From: a bacterium
GTDB taxonomy: Bacteria; Bacillota; Limnochordia; DTU080; RSA5
Direction of reading: 5' to 3'
DNA length: 64,000 nt
NCBI GenBank assembly: GCA_002919195.1
Contig: PKEU01000137.1
Location: forward strand, 1,602-65,601
The notes below the pieces were generated by a model. That model was not told the DNA's origin. It searched no databases and was given only the letters and a program-made list of their open reading frames with translations. The translations under genes were made by a program, and so were the position numbers. Positions 9,660 through 22,316 of the stretch are shown in pieces (the first letter of the stretch is position 1; each line of letters begins with the position of its first letter).

Positions 9660-10304
9660 GTGTGTGCCGTCGCGTCCTTGGGAGGCTTGGTCTTGCTCGC
9701 CCGGGCGACCGGCGCGCTTGAGCTCTTGTCCCAAGACAACGTCGAGGCGGTCGCAGCGAGCCTGCGCGCGTACGCCCCTTGGACCCCTTTGGTGAGCCTA
9801 GCGCTGTTGATCTTGGAGACCGTCATCCCTCCCTTGCCCGCCTGGCCGATCTTGGTCGCGAACGCCGCGATCTACGGCATTTGGGGCGGCATCGCGCTCT
9901 CGTGGCTCGGCGGCCTCTTGGGCGCGGTGGCCGCCTTTTGGCTCGCACGCTCCTTTGGGCGCTCGTACGTGGAGCGATGGATCCGAAGCGAACACTGGGA
10001 GACAATCGACAAGATCAGCCGGGAAAAGGGGTTTTACATCCTCTTGATCGCCCGCGTCTTTCCCGTCACCTCGGTCGACGTCTTGAGCTTCCTTGCCGGC
10101 CTCAGCGCGATCAGCTTTGGGCGGTTTCTCCTGGCCACCGCCCTGGGCCTATTCCCCGGAGTCGCCCTCTACACCCTCTTCGCGCATGACCTCGTCGTGA
10201 CCCGGACGGTGACCGCCCGGCTGGCCTTGAGCCTCTTGGCCGCGCTTTTGGTGTATGCCGCCTATCGGCTCCTAAGGCGCAGGGCCTTAGGGAAGGCCAC
10301 ATGA
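9660..10304 (+). CDS. DedA/TVP38/TMEM64-family membrane protein (start uncertain).
   Basis: Multi-TM protein with the DedA-like motifs WLGGLLGAVAAFWLARSFGRSYVERWI. The track start at 9513 overlaps the methyltransferase gene. A GTG at 9660 is chosen as start; a CTG at 9633 with an upstream GGAGG is an alternative. Confidence 0.5.
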   Translation: MCAVASLGGLVLLARATGALELLSQDNVEAVAASLRAYAPWTPLVSLALLILETVIPPLPAWPILVANAAIYGIWGGIALSWLGGLLGAVAAFWLARSFGRSYVERWIRSEHWETIDKISREKGFYILLIARVFPVTSVDVLSFLAGLSAISFGRFLLATALGLFPGVALYTLFAHDLVVTRTVTARLALSLLAALLVYAAYRLLRRRALGKAT

Positions 10305-10495
10305 ACAAGCACGGCTCTCCCTCCCGCCTGAACCCAGCATGCTCCTCGTTCGCCCCGGAAAAGCCCTCGCCTTCAGTACCGCGCTTTCCGGGGGACGATG
10401 CTCAAGCCGGGGAGAGCGTTGAAGTCCCTGCCTGGTTCCCAAGAGAAGGGAGCGGCCTCCATCGTGAGGAACTCTTCGCACGAGACGATAGACCT

Positions 10496-11266
10496 ATGAT
10501 GGAGGCGTGTGCAGTGGCTCAAAACGTCGGCGTCCAGTTGTACACCGTGCGGGAGTTTACCAACACAGCGGAAGGCCTTGTGGAATCGCTTAAGAAGATC
10601 CGCCAGATCGGGTATACAGCGGTGGAAATGTCGCCCTTTGGTCCCCTGGAGCGGGAGGAACTGAAAAAGGTGCTCGACGGCGAGGGGCTCTCGTTCCCTT
10701 CGACCCATCTCGGCGTCGACCAGATTCTCAACGATTTTGACCGCGTCAGTGAGACGCTGCTCTTTTTTGACTGCCGCCACGTGGCAAGCAGCGGCCGGGC
10801 AAGCGACGCCGACGGCTATAAAAAGCTTGCGGCTGACTTGTCCCAGGCCGCCGAGAAGCTGGAGAAAGTGGGCATCGCTTTGAGCTACCACAACCACCAC
10901 TGGGAGTTTCAAAAATACGGCGATCGCACGGGACTGCAGATCCTCGTCGATGAGACCGATCCCAAGGTCAACTTCCAGCTCGACACCTACTGGGTGCAAG
11001 AAGGCGGCGGCGATCCCATCGATTGGATCCGCTCGGTGTCGGGCCGCATTCCCTACCTCCACCTCAAAGACATGACGATCATCGACGCCAAGGTGCACAT
11101 GGCTGAAGTGGGCGAGGGCAACCTCAACTGGCCTGGCATCTTCGCCGCCGCCAAAGAGGCGGGCACCCAGTGGTACATCGTCGAGCAAGATCATTGCCAG
11201 CGGGATCCCTTTGAAAGCATCGCCATCAGCTTGCGCAACCTGAAAGCTTGGGGGATCGCAGGCTGA
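10496..11266 (+). CDS. Sugar phosphate isomerase/epimerase (xylose-isomerase-like TIM barrel).
   Basis: The LYTVREF motif near the N-terminus and HLKD.../YIVEQD motifs fit this family. An internal ATG at 10496 is preferred to the track start at 10301. Confidence 0.6.
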   Translation: MMEACAVAQNVGVQLYTVREFTNTAEGLVESLKKIRQIGYTAVEMSPFGPLEREELKKVLDGEGLSFPSTHLGVDQILNDFDRVSETLLFFDCRHVASSGRASDADGYKKLAADLSQAAEKLEKVGIALSYHNHHWEFQKYGDRTGLQILVDETDPKVNFQLDTYWVQEGGGDPIDWIRSVSGRIPYLHLKDMTIIDAKVHMAEVGEGNLNWPGIFAAAKEAGTQWYIVEQDHCQRDPFESIAISLRNLKAWGIAG

Positions 11267-11402
11267 GGCCCCACCATCTCGGGCTGTCGCGTTGTTTCTT
11301 GACGCCGGCCTTGCCCGGCTTCTTAGCCCCGGCCGGATCGCCTGCGGCGGTCCGGCCTGCTTTTCCCCATGGCAGCTTCCTTCCAGGAGGGTAAAAACCG
11401 CG

Positions 11403-12362
11403 TTGATCGACACCAACGACGGGGCTTTCTTAAGTTTCGAGGTGACCGAAGAGCAGGAAGGGATGCCGCTTGTGAGCTACCTCCGCTCCGCCTTTGGCAT
11501 GTCGCGGGCGATGATCCGGCGGCTCCGAAAGGACGCTTCGGTGAAGGCCGACGGGATCCCCGTTCCCATGCGGCACCGGCTACGCCGAGGAGAGCGGATC
11601 ACGCTCCATGTGCCGCCGGGGCTTATGAGCAATGTGGAGCCGGAGCCCCTGCCCCTGGCCATCTACTACGAAGATCCCCATCTCTTGGTGGTGGAAAAGC
11701 CCGCGGGCCAGCTCGTCCACCCGGCTCACAGCGAGTTTAGGGGGACGCTCGCCAACGGGGTGGCGTACCACCTCTTAGCTCAAGGCGAACCCAGCACCGC
11801 GGGGCCGGTCACACGCCTTGACCGCAATACGTCGGGTCTCGTCCTTTTCGCCAAGCACCCTCACGCCCACCACCGGCTCAACCAGGCCATCGCCAGAGGA
11901 GGGCTCGACCGGCACTACCTCGGCATCGTCGAGGGTCAGCCTGAGCGCGATGAGGGGACCATCGACGCCCCCATCGTCAAGGCGGGCGAGACCTCCAGCG
12001 AAAGGCGGGTAGCCCCCGAAGGGCAGCGGGCGATCACCCACTACCGGGTCGTGCGCCGCTTTGCCCCGAGCGACGCCTGCCAAGACGGCGCGGCGTTGGT
12101 TGAGTTTTCCCTCGTCACAGGGCGCACCCACCAGATCCGGGTGCACGCGGCGCACTTAGGGCATCCCCTTATCGGCGATCCTCTGTACGGCAACCCCCGG
12201 GAGGACCTTATTGGCCGCCAAGCCCTCCACGCGCACCGCCTCGACTTGACCCATCCCATCGACGGTACACCCTTGACGGTGGAAAGCCCGCTCCCGGACG
12301 ATCTTTCCCGTCTTGTCGAGCGCCTTGCGGGCGAGCAGCCCCGTCATGGCCGCCGGTGTTGA
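11403..12362 (+). CDS. RluA-family 23S rRNA pseudouridine synthase (RluD-like, with S4 domain).
   Basis: Contains HRLDRNTSGLVLFAK (the catalytic-Asp motif) and GRTHQIRVH. A TTG start at 11403 follows AGGAGG at 11385-11390. Confidence 0.8.
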   Translation: MIDTNDGAFLSFEVTEEQEGMPLVSYLRSAFGMSRAMIRRLRKDASVKADGIPVPMRHRLRRGERITLHVPPGLMSNVEPEPLPLAIYYEDPHLLVVEKPAGQLVHPAHSEFRGTLANGVAYHLLAQGEPSTAGPVTRLDRNTSGLVLFAKHPHAHHRLNQAIARGGLDRHYLGIVEGQPERDEGTIDAPIVKAGETSSERRVAPEGQRAITHYRVVRRFAPSDACQDGAALVEFSLVTGRTHQIRVHAAHLGHPLIGDPLYGNPREDLIGRQALHAHRLDLTHPIDGTPLTVESPLPDDLSRLVERLAGEQPRHGRRC

Positions 12363-12790
12363 AGGTACCGCCGGGCCTCGGCGGCGTATTTGCCAAAGAC
12401 TTGCTCAGCCAGAGAAGCGAGGAGCTTCCCTGCCTCCTCTTTCCTCCCGGCTTGGTCGAGGGCGATCCCCAGGTAAAACCGGAACCGGTCGCGCTCTTCG
12501 CCGGGGTCTATGATGCTCTCAAGCCGCGCCAGCGCGCCCGCCAGTTGCCAAGATTGGCCCGGAGCGTGCTCGATGTGGGGTTCAGCTCAAACGCCCCGAG
12601 GTACAGCCGTCCGGCCTCGTCAAGATTCCCCTCCTGCGCATACAAGAAGCCGAGGTTGTTATGGGCTGTCGGATTGTCTGGATTACCACGAGTTGAAAGC
12701 TGGCCCAGGAGGAGTCACTCAGCCCGGGCAAACGTGACGTTGGGCCACGACCTCCAGTCCCCAGCGGGCCTTCGCATAGGCCGCGTTGCA
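12345..12790 (-). pseudogene. Fragmented TPR-repeat ORF (remnant).
   Basis: One minus-strand frame reads NPDNPTAHNNLGFLYAQEGNLDEAGRLYLGAFELNP (12714..12508) and another reads QLAGALARLESIIDPGEERDRFRFYLGIALDQAGRKEEAGKLLASLAEQ (to the stop at 12345). Neither piece has an ATG start, and stops separate the pieces. Confidence 0.35.
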
Positions 12791-12869
12791 GGTGGGAACA
12801 CCATCAGGGATGGGTTCTTTTCTTCAAATCACGCGATGCCAAGCGAGGTGTCGTGCCCTGGAGAGGCGG

Positions 12870-14174
12870 ATGCTCCTTCCCTTTGCCATCCTCGCGATGG
12901 TCCCCTTTATCATGGTGCTGGGCAACTCGATGCTCATTCCCGTCTTTCCCCTCTTGGAAGAGGAGCTCAAGCTCAGCCAGTTCCAAGTGGGCCTGCTCGT
13001 CACTGCCTTCTCCCTGCCCGCGGGCATCGTGATCCCTTTTGCCGGGGCGCTCTCGGATCACGTGGGACGAAAAACCGTTATGGCCCCCGCCCTCCTCCTC
13101 TACGGGGCGGGCGGGCTGATCGCCGGCTTTGCTTCGCTGTGGCTCTCCCGGCCCTTCGGCTGGATCCTGGCGGGGCGCATCCTCCAGGGCGTCGGCGCGG
13201 GCGGCACCTATCAGATCGCCCTAGCCCTCACGGGGGACCTCTTTCAGGGGCCGGAGCGGGCCAAGGCAGTGGGCATTCTCGAGGCCGCCAACGGGTTGGG
13301 CAAGATGGCAAGTCCCATCGCCGGCGCCGCCTTGGGGCTGATCATCTGGTTTGCGCCTTTTTTCGCGTATGGGATCCTCGCGATCCCCATCGCGCTCTTG
13401 GTCTGGTTTCTGGTCCAGGAGCCGGCGAAACGACGAAACCAGCAGAGCGCCAAGGAGTACCTCGCCTCTTTGAGCGGCATCTTCAAAAAGAAGGCCGCGC
13501 CGCTCCTTGCTTGCTACCTCGCCGGGGCGGTAGGTCTTTTTCTCCTCTTTGGCCTCCTGAGCTTTATCTCCGATGAGCTTGAAGCCAGCTACCGCATCAC
13601 CGGGGTGATGAAAGGGCTGGTGCTGGCCATTCCCGTCACGGCGATGACGATCACCTCGTACACGAGCGGGCTCGCCTTGCAGCAGCGGGACGAGTGGCTC
13701 AAGCCGGCCGTCGCCGCCGGCCTCGTCGCCGTCGGCGCGGGGCTTGCCGCGTTGGGCTTGACGACCGGCCTCCGTGCGCTCCTGGCCTGGGCTTCGTTTA
13801 TGGGTATCGGTGTGGGCGTCATGTTGCCCGCCCTCAACACGCTGATCACCGGCGCGACAGACGCCCAAGAGAGGGGATTGATCACCGCCCTCTACGGAAC
13901 CGTCCGCTTCTTCGGTGTTGCGCTGGGCCCACCGGCCTTTGGGCTGGTGCAAGGCGGAAGCCGCCTCGCGATGTTTCTCATCGGAGCGGCCATTGCCGGC
14001 GTCGCCTTGCTCGCCGTGCTCTGGCTGGTCAAACCCGCCCGGTTGATGACGGCCTCGAGCGGCGCGAGAAAGAAGGTTTCGTCCCTCGAGGCCCCCACAC
14101 ACGCCCCGGGCGCCGGCGTCGACGAGCGGCCGGGAGCCTCTTCCGACCCGTCTTTCGACTACTGGCCTTTTTGA
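12870..14174 (+). CDS. MFS transporter.
   Basis: 12-TM profile. It carries a GxLSDHVGRK motif in the loop 2-3 position. An internal Met at 12870 is used as start. Confidence 0.75.
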   Translation: MLLPFAILAMVPFIMVLGNSMLIPVFPLLEEELKLSQFQVGLLVTAFSLPAGIVIPFAGALSDHVGRKTVMAPALLLYGAGGLIAGFASLWLSRPFGWILAGRILQGVGAGGTYQIALALTGDLFQGPERAKAVGILEAANGLGKMASPIAGAALGLIIWFAPFFAYGILAIPIALLVWFLVQEPAKRRNQQSAKEYLASLSGIFKKKAAPLLACYLAGAVGLFLLFGLLSFISDELEASYRITGVMKGLVLAIPVTAMTITSYTSGLALQQRDEWLKPAVAAGLVAVGAGLAALGLTTGLRALLAWASFMGIGVGVMLPALNTLITGATDAQERGLITALYGTVRFFGVALGPPAFGLVQGGSRLAMFLIGAAIAGVALLAVLWLVKPARLMTASSGARKKVSSLEAPTHAPGAGVDERPGASSDPSFDYWPF

Positions 14175-14236
14175 CCGGGACATGCCGTGTTTTCCCTTTT
14201 GAAAAGCGATGGCGTGGACGACTCCGCATCAACTCT

Positions 14237-14246
14237 GGTGTATAAT
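14237..14246 (+). promoter_or_regulatory. Extended -10 (TGTATAAT) candidate promoter for aconitase.
   Basis: The sequence ggTGtTATAAT lies 40 nt upstream of the acnA ATG. There is no good -35; TTGAAA at 14199 is too far upstream. Confidence 0.35.
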
Positions 14247-14286
14247 GGAGGGCGAAGAGTGCAGAGGCAGTCAAGGAGGCATTCGG

Positions 14287-16965
<2,679 letters not shown>

Positions 16966-17018
16966 AGCGAAGGGAACCGTTGCAACGGGAAAAGCAATTG
17001 TGGACAAAGGGACAAGAA

Positions 17019-17054
17019 GCGGCCGCTCCGGCATCGTCTGGGGCGGCCTTTTTC
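17019..17054 (+). terminator. Intrinsic terminator downstream of acnA.
   Basis: GC stem GCGGCCGC...GCGGCC followed by TTTTTC. Confidence 0.5.
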
Positions 17055-17181
17055 GGCGAGCCTTTCCCGGAGCAGGGCAAAGGCTCTCGGGGACGAAGGA
17101 TTTTACTGGAATAACTAGGCCGGCCAGGAGCGCCTTGGGCCAGGGGCTCGAGAGGGCGCGCATGCAAGGAGGTCATCATCG

Positions 17182-17856
17182 ATGAAAGCGCTGATCGTCT
17201 GGGGCGGTTGGGAAGGCCACGAACCGGACAAGGTCGCCGAAATTTTCCGGCGGGAGATCACCGCGATGGGAGGCCAGGCGGACGTCTTTAACACCCTCGA
17301 CGCCTTTGTCGAGCAGGACTTGATGCGCTACGACTTGATCATCCCCATCTGGACGATGGGCGAGATCACCCAAGAGCAGGTCAGCGCGGTCACCTCCGCG
17401 GTGGCAGCAGGCGTCGGCCTTGCGGGCTGCCACGGAGGGATGTGCGACGCCTTTCGCAACTCCGTTGAATGGCAGTTTATGACCGGAGGCCAGTGGGTCG
17501 CCCATCCGGGAAATGACGGCGTCGAATACACGGTCAACATCGTCAAAGGCTCGCACCCGATCGTCGAAGGGCTCGAGGACTTCCAGGTCAAGAGTGAGCA
17601 GTACTACATGCACGTAGACCCGGCCGTCAAGGTGCTGGCAACCACCCGTTTCCCGGTGGTCGATGGCCCCCACGTGCCCAACGGGCCCGTCGATATGCCG
17701 GTGGTCTGGATCAAATACTGGGGCAAAGGGCGGGTCTTTTACTGCTCGCTCGGCCACCAGGCCGACATCGTCGAAATGCCCGAAACCTTAGAGATCATGC
17801 GCCGCGGCTTTCGCTGGGCTGCTGAAGGGAAAAAACTCGCGTCGGGCGTTGCTTAA
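17182..17856 (+). CDS. ThuA-domain protein (class-I glutamine-amidotransferase-like fold).
   Basis: 224 aa with trehalose-utilisation ThuA-like architecture. The RBS AGGAGG lies at 17167-17172. Confidence 0.6.
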   Translation: MKALIVWGGWEGHEPDKVAEIFRREITAMGGQADVFNTLDAFVEQDLMRYDLIIPIWTMGEITQEQVSAVTSAVAAGVGLAGCHGGMCDAFRNSVEWQFMTGGQWVAHPGNDGVEYTVNIVKGSHPIVEGLEDFQVKSEQYYMHVDPAVKVLATTRFPVVDGPHVPNGPVDMPVVWIKYWGKGRVFYCSLGHQADIVEMPETLEIMRRGFRWAAEGKKLASGVA

Positions 17857-18671
17857 AAGACCTTTTCGGAGGCTCCGGCGCCCTGGCGGTATTCGCTGCT
17901 GCCCCCCGAAGGCATCGCGACGCTCAGGGCGCCATCGACTCCATACACGGAGCCCGAGACGTACGCCGCCGCGTCCGACGCCAAAAACAGCACGACGCGG
18001 CCCACTTCTTCCGGCGTTCCCAAACGGCCCCAGGGCAAGAGCGCTCCCTGGCGCATGATCTCCTCTTCGCTCATCCACTTGCGCTCGCCGGGCGTGTCGA
18101 TCCAACCCGGCACGACCAAATTGACCCGGATGCGATGGTGCGCGAGCTCGTTGGCCATGGTCATCGTCATGTGGTGGAGGGCGGCCTTGGCCACGTTGTA
18201 ATCAAAGGCCAGCGGCAACGGGTAGACCGCATGGAGCGAGCCGATCACCGTAATGCTTCCGTGAAGCTTGGCTTCCACCATGCGCCGGGCGGCCAGCTGG
18301 CAGACGTGAAAATTCCCAAAAAGCGCCACATCCAGCGTGCGCTTCAACGATGCGACGTCGGTCTCGAGAAAGCTTTTCCGGGAGCTGGTGACCGCATTGG
18401 CGACGACAATCTCCACGGGGCCCAAATGTTCAAAGGCCCCTTGGATCATCGCCTCGACGGCGGCCCGGTCGGCGATGTCGGCCTGCCAGGCCATTGCCCG
18501 GCCGCCCTCTTTTTCGATGGCAGCGACCACTTCCTCGGCCGCTTCCCGTTGCCTTAAATAATTGACGAGGACTTTAGCTCCCGCTCGTCCGAGGGCGAGA
18601 GCGCATCCCCTCCCGATTCCCCTGGAGGCGCCTGTGACCAGCGCCACTTTCCCGTCGACTCGGATCTCCAA
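17853..18671 (-). CDS. SDR-family oxidoreductase.
   Basis: It carries the TGASRGIGRG Rossmann motif, NAV, and the catalytic YxxxK motif (YNVAK). Confidence 0.8.
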   Translation of the reverse strand: MEIRVDGKVALVTGASRGIGRGCALALGRAGAKVLVNYLRQREAAEEVVAAIEKEGGRAMAWQADIADRAAVEAMIQGAFEHLGPVEIVVANAVTSSRKSFLETDVASLKRTLDVALFGNFHVCQLAARRMVEAKLHGSITVIGSLHAVYPLPLAFDYNVAKAALHHMTMTMANELAHHRIRVNLVVPGWIDTPGERKWMSEEEIMRQGALLPWGRLGTPEEVGRVVLFLASDAAAYVSGSVYGVDGALSVAMPSGGSSEYRQGAGASEKVF

Positions 18672-18719
18672 CGCGCTGACCTCCTCCCGCCGGCGTTGGA
18701 AAACGCGCTGTCCCGTCCA

Positions 18720-20075
18720 TCAAGGGGTATTTCCAGCCGGCTCCCCAAACTTTCGTCGCCAAGCCTCCGCGAGCTCCAACAATAGGGCGTCGCGGCCAAA
18801 GGAACCCGCTTTCGTCACCACGCAGGCTCCCTCGGAGCGGCCACCGCGGATACGGCTGACTACGACGCCGGGAGCGTGCTCCCCCACGATTTCCAACGCG
18901 CCAGCCCCGAGAGCTTTCAGCACGCTGGCGGCCGTCTCTCCACCCGTCAAGAGGAGCGTATCCGGCGGCGCCACCTCTTCCACGTGCTGCACGACCTCCG
19001 CCAACCGAAAAGTGATGGTCTCGGGCTTAAGCCCCTCACCCGCTCCCTTGACGCCGATCGCTGCGGCGCCGCAGTGCCGCAAAGCCGCGGCGGCTTTCCT
19101 CGCCACCTCCTGGACCGCCCGCGCTGCTCCTTGTGAGCTTTCCTGGAGTTGCTCAAGCTCGACATCCACGCGGGCGACCCATGGAGCTTGAGCGTGCAGC
19201 ACGTCAAGCTGCGCCCGAGCCCGGGAGCTCTTGCTGCCGACGACAAAAAGGAACCCACGCCGCGACGAACCATGGGGTGTGCGGCATGGACGAGCCCCAC
19301 CGTCTCCCGGCCGCCGCTCGCCCATGGCGGGATCGTGTGTCCCGCGCACCCCGTCTCGCCTCCGGTCGCTCCGCCGCTCCAACTGCCGGGCGAGCGCAGC
19401 GGCCAACCCCGCCGTCCCGCAGAGGAGAAGCGCAGGGTCGCCAAGCGCTGCCTCGGCGAGGATCTCCAGATGCCCGTCGGTTTCGGCATCGGCGGCCAGC
19501 GCCCGGACGGCAGGCTCGAGGGTCGAAAGCCACTCTGCCACCGCGGCGGCTCCCCGGCGGACGTGAGCCAGAGGGAGATAGGCCACCTTCCCGGGCCATT
19601 GGTGCTCGAGGAGCGCAGGAATGGACGAGATCCGGACCGGCGAGACGGGATCGCGGGCCATTTCGGTCAGGTGCACGGGCTCGCCATCGATCCTCTGTTG
19701 GCCCCCCACCGTGGTCCGCCCCATCGCAGGAAAAGCAGGGGCAACCAACACCCGCCGGAAGCGGCCGCAAGCCTCCATCAAGGCGCCGAGCTCCGCGGCA
19801 ATTGGGCCGCGGAGCGCCGAATCGATCTTTTTATAGACGATGTCGTGGGGGCCGGGATGAAACGTCTCAAACAGCCGGGAGACGGCACGCCCCGCCTCCG
19901 AGGTTGAAAGGCCCCGGCTCTCGGTGGAGAGCGCCACCACCTCGTAGCCCAGCGCACGAAGGCAGGTCGCCTCCTGCAGCCTCAAGAGGGTCGCCGCCCT
20001 GAAACCATGCCGGACGAAGGCCGCCGCCGTGTCGTTAGCCCCCGTCAGGTCGTCCGCGACGATGACGATCGGCAC
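18720..20075 (-). CDS. Four-carbon acid sugar kinase family protein (OtnK/YgbK-like, DUF1537+DUF2090).
   Basis: The N-terminus MPIVIVADDLTGANDTA is the hallmark of 3-oxo-tetronate kinase-type proteins. Confidence 0.7.
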   Translation of the reverse strand: MPIVIVADDLTGANDTAAAFVRHGFRAATLLRLQEATCLRALGYEVVALSTESRGLSTSEAGRAVSRLFETFHPGPHDIVYKKIDSALRGPIAAELGALMEACGRFRRVLVAPAFPAMGRTTVGGQQRIDGEPVHLTEMARDPVSPVRISSIPALLEHQWPGKVAYLPLAHVRRGAAAVAEWLSTLEPAVRALAADAETDGHLEILAEAALGDPALLLCGTAGLAAALARQLERRSDRRRDGVRGTHDPAMGERRPGDGGARPCRTPHGSSRRGFLFVVGSKSSRARAQLDVLHAQAPWVARVDVELEQLQESSQGAARAVQEVARKAAAALRHCGAAAIGVKGAGEGLKPETITFRLAEVVQHVEEVAPPDTLLLTGGETAASVLKALGAGALEIVGEHAPGVVVSRIRGGRSEGACVVTKAGSFGRDALLLELAEAWRRKFGEPAGNTP

Positions 20076-20087
20076 CGCCCGCTCCCC

Positions 20088-21131
20088 TCATCCCGGGATA
20101 TAGGTCGAGCGGCAGCGGTCGAGCACTTCCAATTGCAGCCGCACGCTCTCGGGAGTGACCATGAGCGGTTCGCCGTGGCGGATCGAACGGTACAGGTTCT
20201 CGTAGACCACCGCAGTCGGCGACTCGCCGCTGGGGTGGATCTCCTGGACTTGCCAGGGCACCTTTTCACCGGTGCCATACCGCCTCCCCGGCGCCGCGCC
20301 GGGATCGGCCTCGATCGGCGGCAAAGCTCCCTCTTCGACCCACTGCACGGTGAGGGGGTTTCCACCCTGCAGCATCCCCCGCTCACCGATCACCACCCAC
20401 GTCGGCCCGGGCACCATCGGGCAGGCGCTAAAGATCTCCACGTCGACCACCATCTCGCTCCTCTTGAGCGTCACCTTGACGTGGTCTTCGGCGTCACCCG
20501 CCGAAACCGTCCGCCGCAGATCGCAAAAGAGCTCGTCGTATTGCCCGCCCAGGAGGATGAGGGCCTGGTCGATGCGGTGCGCGCCCCAGTTGTTGAGCAT
20601 GCCTCCGCCCAGCCGCGTCAGCGTCTGCCAGTCGCGGCGGCGGTCATAGCGGTAGTTGCCGACGCGGACGAAAAAGACGCGGCCAAGGAGCCCGCTTTCA
20701 ATGATCCGCTTCACTTCCAGGAAGTCCGGGTCGGCTCGCCGGTTTTGAAAACACGTAACGAGCCTGCCTACGGCCTTGGCCTTGGCGATCATCTCATCGG
20801 CCTCAGCAGCGTTGAGGGCGAAGGGCTTTTCCACCTGGACGTGCTTGCCCGCCTCCAAAGCCTTGATCGCCAATTCCTTGTGGGTGTGCGATGGAGTCGC
20901 GATCACCACCAACTCGACCTCGTCGTCCGCGAAAAGCTCCTCGGGCGTCGCGTAGGCGCGGCGCACGCCCCGGGTCTCAACGGCCTCGTCCCTCCGCTCT
21001 TTGAGCGGATCGGCGACGGCCACCAGCTCAAAGCGATCCGACGCTGCCAAATAGGCGCAGTGGATGTCCCATCCGCTGCGGCCCAGTCCTACGACGCCTG
21101 CTTTGACGGGAGTTAAATCGTGGCTTGCCAT
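20088..21131 (-). CDS. Gfo/Idh/MocA-family oxidoreductase.
   Basis: N-terminal GVVGLGRSG Rossmann motif and an EKP motif, followed by the C-terminal domain. Confidence 0.8.
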   Translation of the reverse strand: MASHDLTPVKAGVVGLGRSGWDIHCAYLAASDRFELVAVADPLKERRDEAVETRGVRRAYATPEELFADDEVELVVIATPSHTHKELAIKALEAGKHVQVEKPFALNAAEADEMIAKAKAVGRLVTCFQNRRADPDFLEVKRIIESGLLGRVFFVRVGNYRYDRRRDWQTLTRLGGGMLNNWGAHRIDQALILLGGQYDELFCDLRRTVSAGDAEDHVKVTLKRSEMVVDVEIFSACPMVPGPTWVVIGERGMLQGGNPLTVQWVEEGALPPIEADPGAAPGRRYGTGEKVPWQVQEIHPSGESPTAVVYENLYRSIRHGEPLMVTPESVRLQLEVLDRCRSTYIPG

Positions 21132-21149
21132 CGGAAAAAGCAGCTCCTC

Positions 21150-22316
21150 TCAGATCGTCTCTGCCAGTCTCCAGATGCTAAACTCCTTGTGCCCAAAAAG
21201 CTCGGCTGCAGCCGGCTTTCCGTTCGCCACCGCGAGGACCTGGTCGAAGATCTCCCGGCCGACGCTCTCCAGGGTGCCTTTTCCTTCGAGGATCACGCCC
21301 GCGTCCACATCGATGTGCTGCGGCATGCGCCGGTAGATCCGGGAGTTGGTGCTCACCTTGATCACCGGGGCGATGGGCGAGCCGGTGGGCGAGCCTCTCC
21401 CTGTCGTAAAGACCACGATTTGGGCCCCGCCGGCCGTCATCCCGGTGACCGAATCCACGTCGTAACCGGGCGTGTCCATAAAGACGAGCCCCCGCTCTTT
21501 CGGCCGGTCGGCGTACCGCACGACCTCCATCAGGGGCGTGCTGCCTCCCTTTTTGATGCACCCCAGGCTCTTCTCGTCCAGGGTCGTGAGCCCACCTTTC
21601 ACGTTGCCGGGAGACGGGTTTGCCGAGCGGATGTCGGTGCCGGTCGCGAGCATCCGGTTTTCGTAGGCGGCGATGATGTCCAGGAAAGCCTTGGCCACCT
21701 GGGGGCTGATGGCCCGCGCCGCCAAGATGTGCTCGGCGCCGATGGCCTCCGTGGTCTCCGAAAGGATGACGGTCCCGCCGTACCCGACGATGATGTCCGA
21801 GGCGACTCCCAGAGCCGGGTTGGCCGTCACCCCGGACCATGCGTCGGAACCGCCGCACTCAAGGCCGACGATCAGCTCCGACACCTTGGCGGGCATCCGG
21901 GGGATGGACTCGGCCTCCGCAAGCTGCCGCCGCAGCCACGCAGCCGCCTCCTCGACAAACGCCGCGACGCTGGGCGCCTCTTCCAGGATCAAGGCGTGGG
22001 CGGTGCGCCCCCGGGCCCTCACCCTTTCGGCCAGCTCCAGCGCGGTCTCTTGCTCGCCCCCAAGGCCGACAAAGAGCGCCGCCGCGACATTGGGATTCGC
22101 GGCGTTACCAGCCAGCGTCCGGAGCGTCTGTTCCCTATCTTCGGGAAACTGCGCATAGCCGTGGTGATGCACCACGGGGACGACGCCCGCCGCCGCGTCC
22201 GCAATCCGCTGCACGATGGTCGCCGCCTCGGCGACGCTGTTCATCACCACCACGTGGTTGCGCACGCCCACGGTCCCGTCAGCGCGCCGGTACCCCATAA
22301 ACTCAGGCTCAGCCAT
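21150..22316 (-). CDS. UxaA-family hydrolyase, large (C-terminal) subunit (altronate/galactarate dehydratase-like).
   Basis: Homologous to the C-terminal part of altronate dehydratase. Its ATG overlaps the stop of the upstream SAF-domain small subunit (ATGGCTGA). Confidence 0.7.
   Translation of the reverse strand: MAEPEFMGYRRADGTVGVRNHVVVMNSVAEAATIVQRIADAAAGVVPVVHHHGYAQFPEDREQTLRTLAGNAANPNVAAALFVGLGGEQETALELAERVRARGRTAHALILEEAPSVAAFVEEAAAWLRRQLAEAESIPRMPAKVSELIVGLECGGSDAWSGVTANPALGVASDIIVGYGGTVILSETTEAIGAEHILAARAISPQVAKAFLDIIAAYENRMLATGTDIRSANPSPGNVKGGLTTLDEKSLGCIKKGGSTPLMEVVRYADRPKERGLVFMDTPGYDVDSVTGMTAGGAQIVVFTTGRGSPTGSPIAPVIKVSTNSRIYRRMPQHIDVDAGVILEGKGTLESVGREIFDQVLAVANGKPAAAELFGHKEFSIWRLAETI

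Noticed and set aside
10373-11416. 347-aa minus-strand ORF.
   Set aside because: Fully antisense to the sugar-phosphate isomerase gene. Its composition is that of an alternative frame of a GC-rich gene, with no recognisable motifs.
12356-13576. 406-aa plus-strand ORF overlapping the rluD/MFS gap and the MFS gene.
   Set aside because: Translation is Arg/Pro/Gly-rich low complexity with no domain-like sequence. It overlaps a well-supported MFS gene in another frame. It is a typical high-GC artefact.
13221-14183. 320-aa minus-strand ORF.
   Set aside because: Antisense to the MFS transporter. Arg/Gly/Glu-rich junk.
14199-14204. TTGAAA hexamer upstream of acnA, considered as a -35.
   Set aside because: It is 36 nt from the TATAAT, which is incompatible with sigma-A spacing. 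Only the extended -10 is reported.
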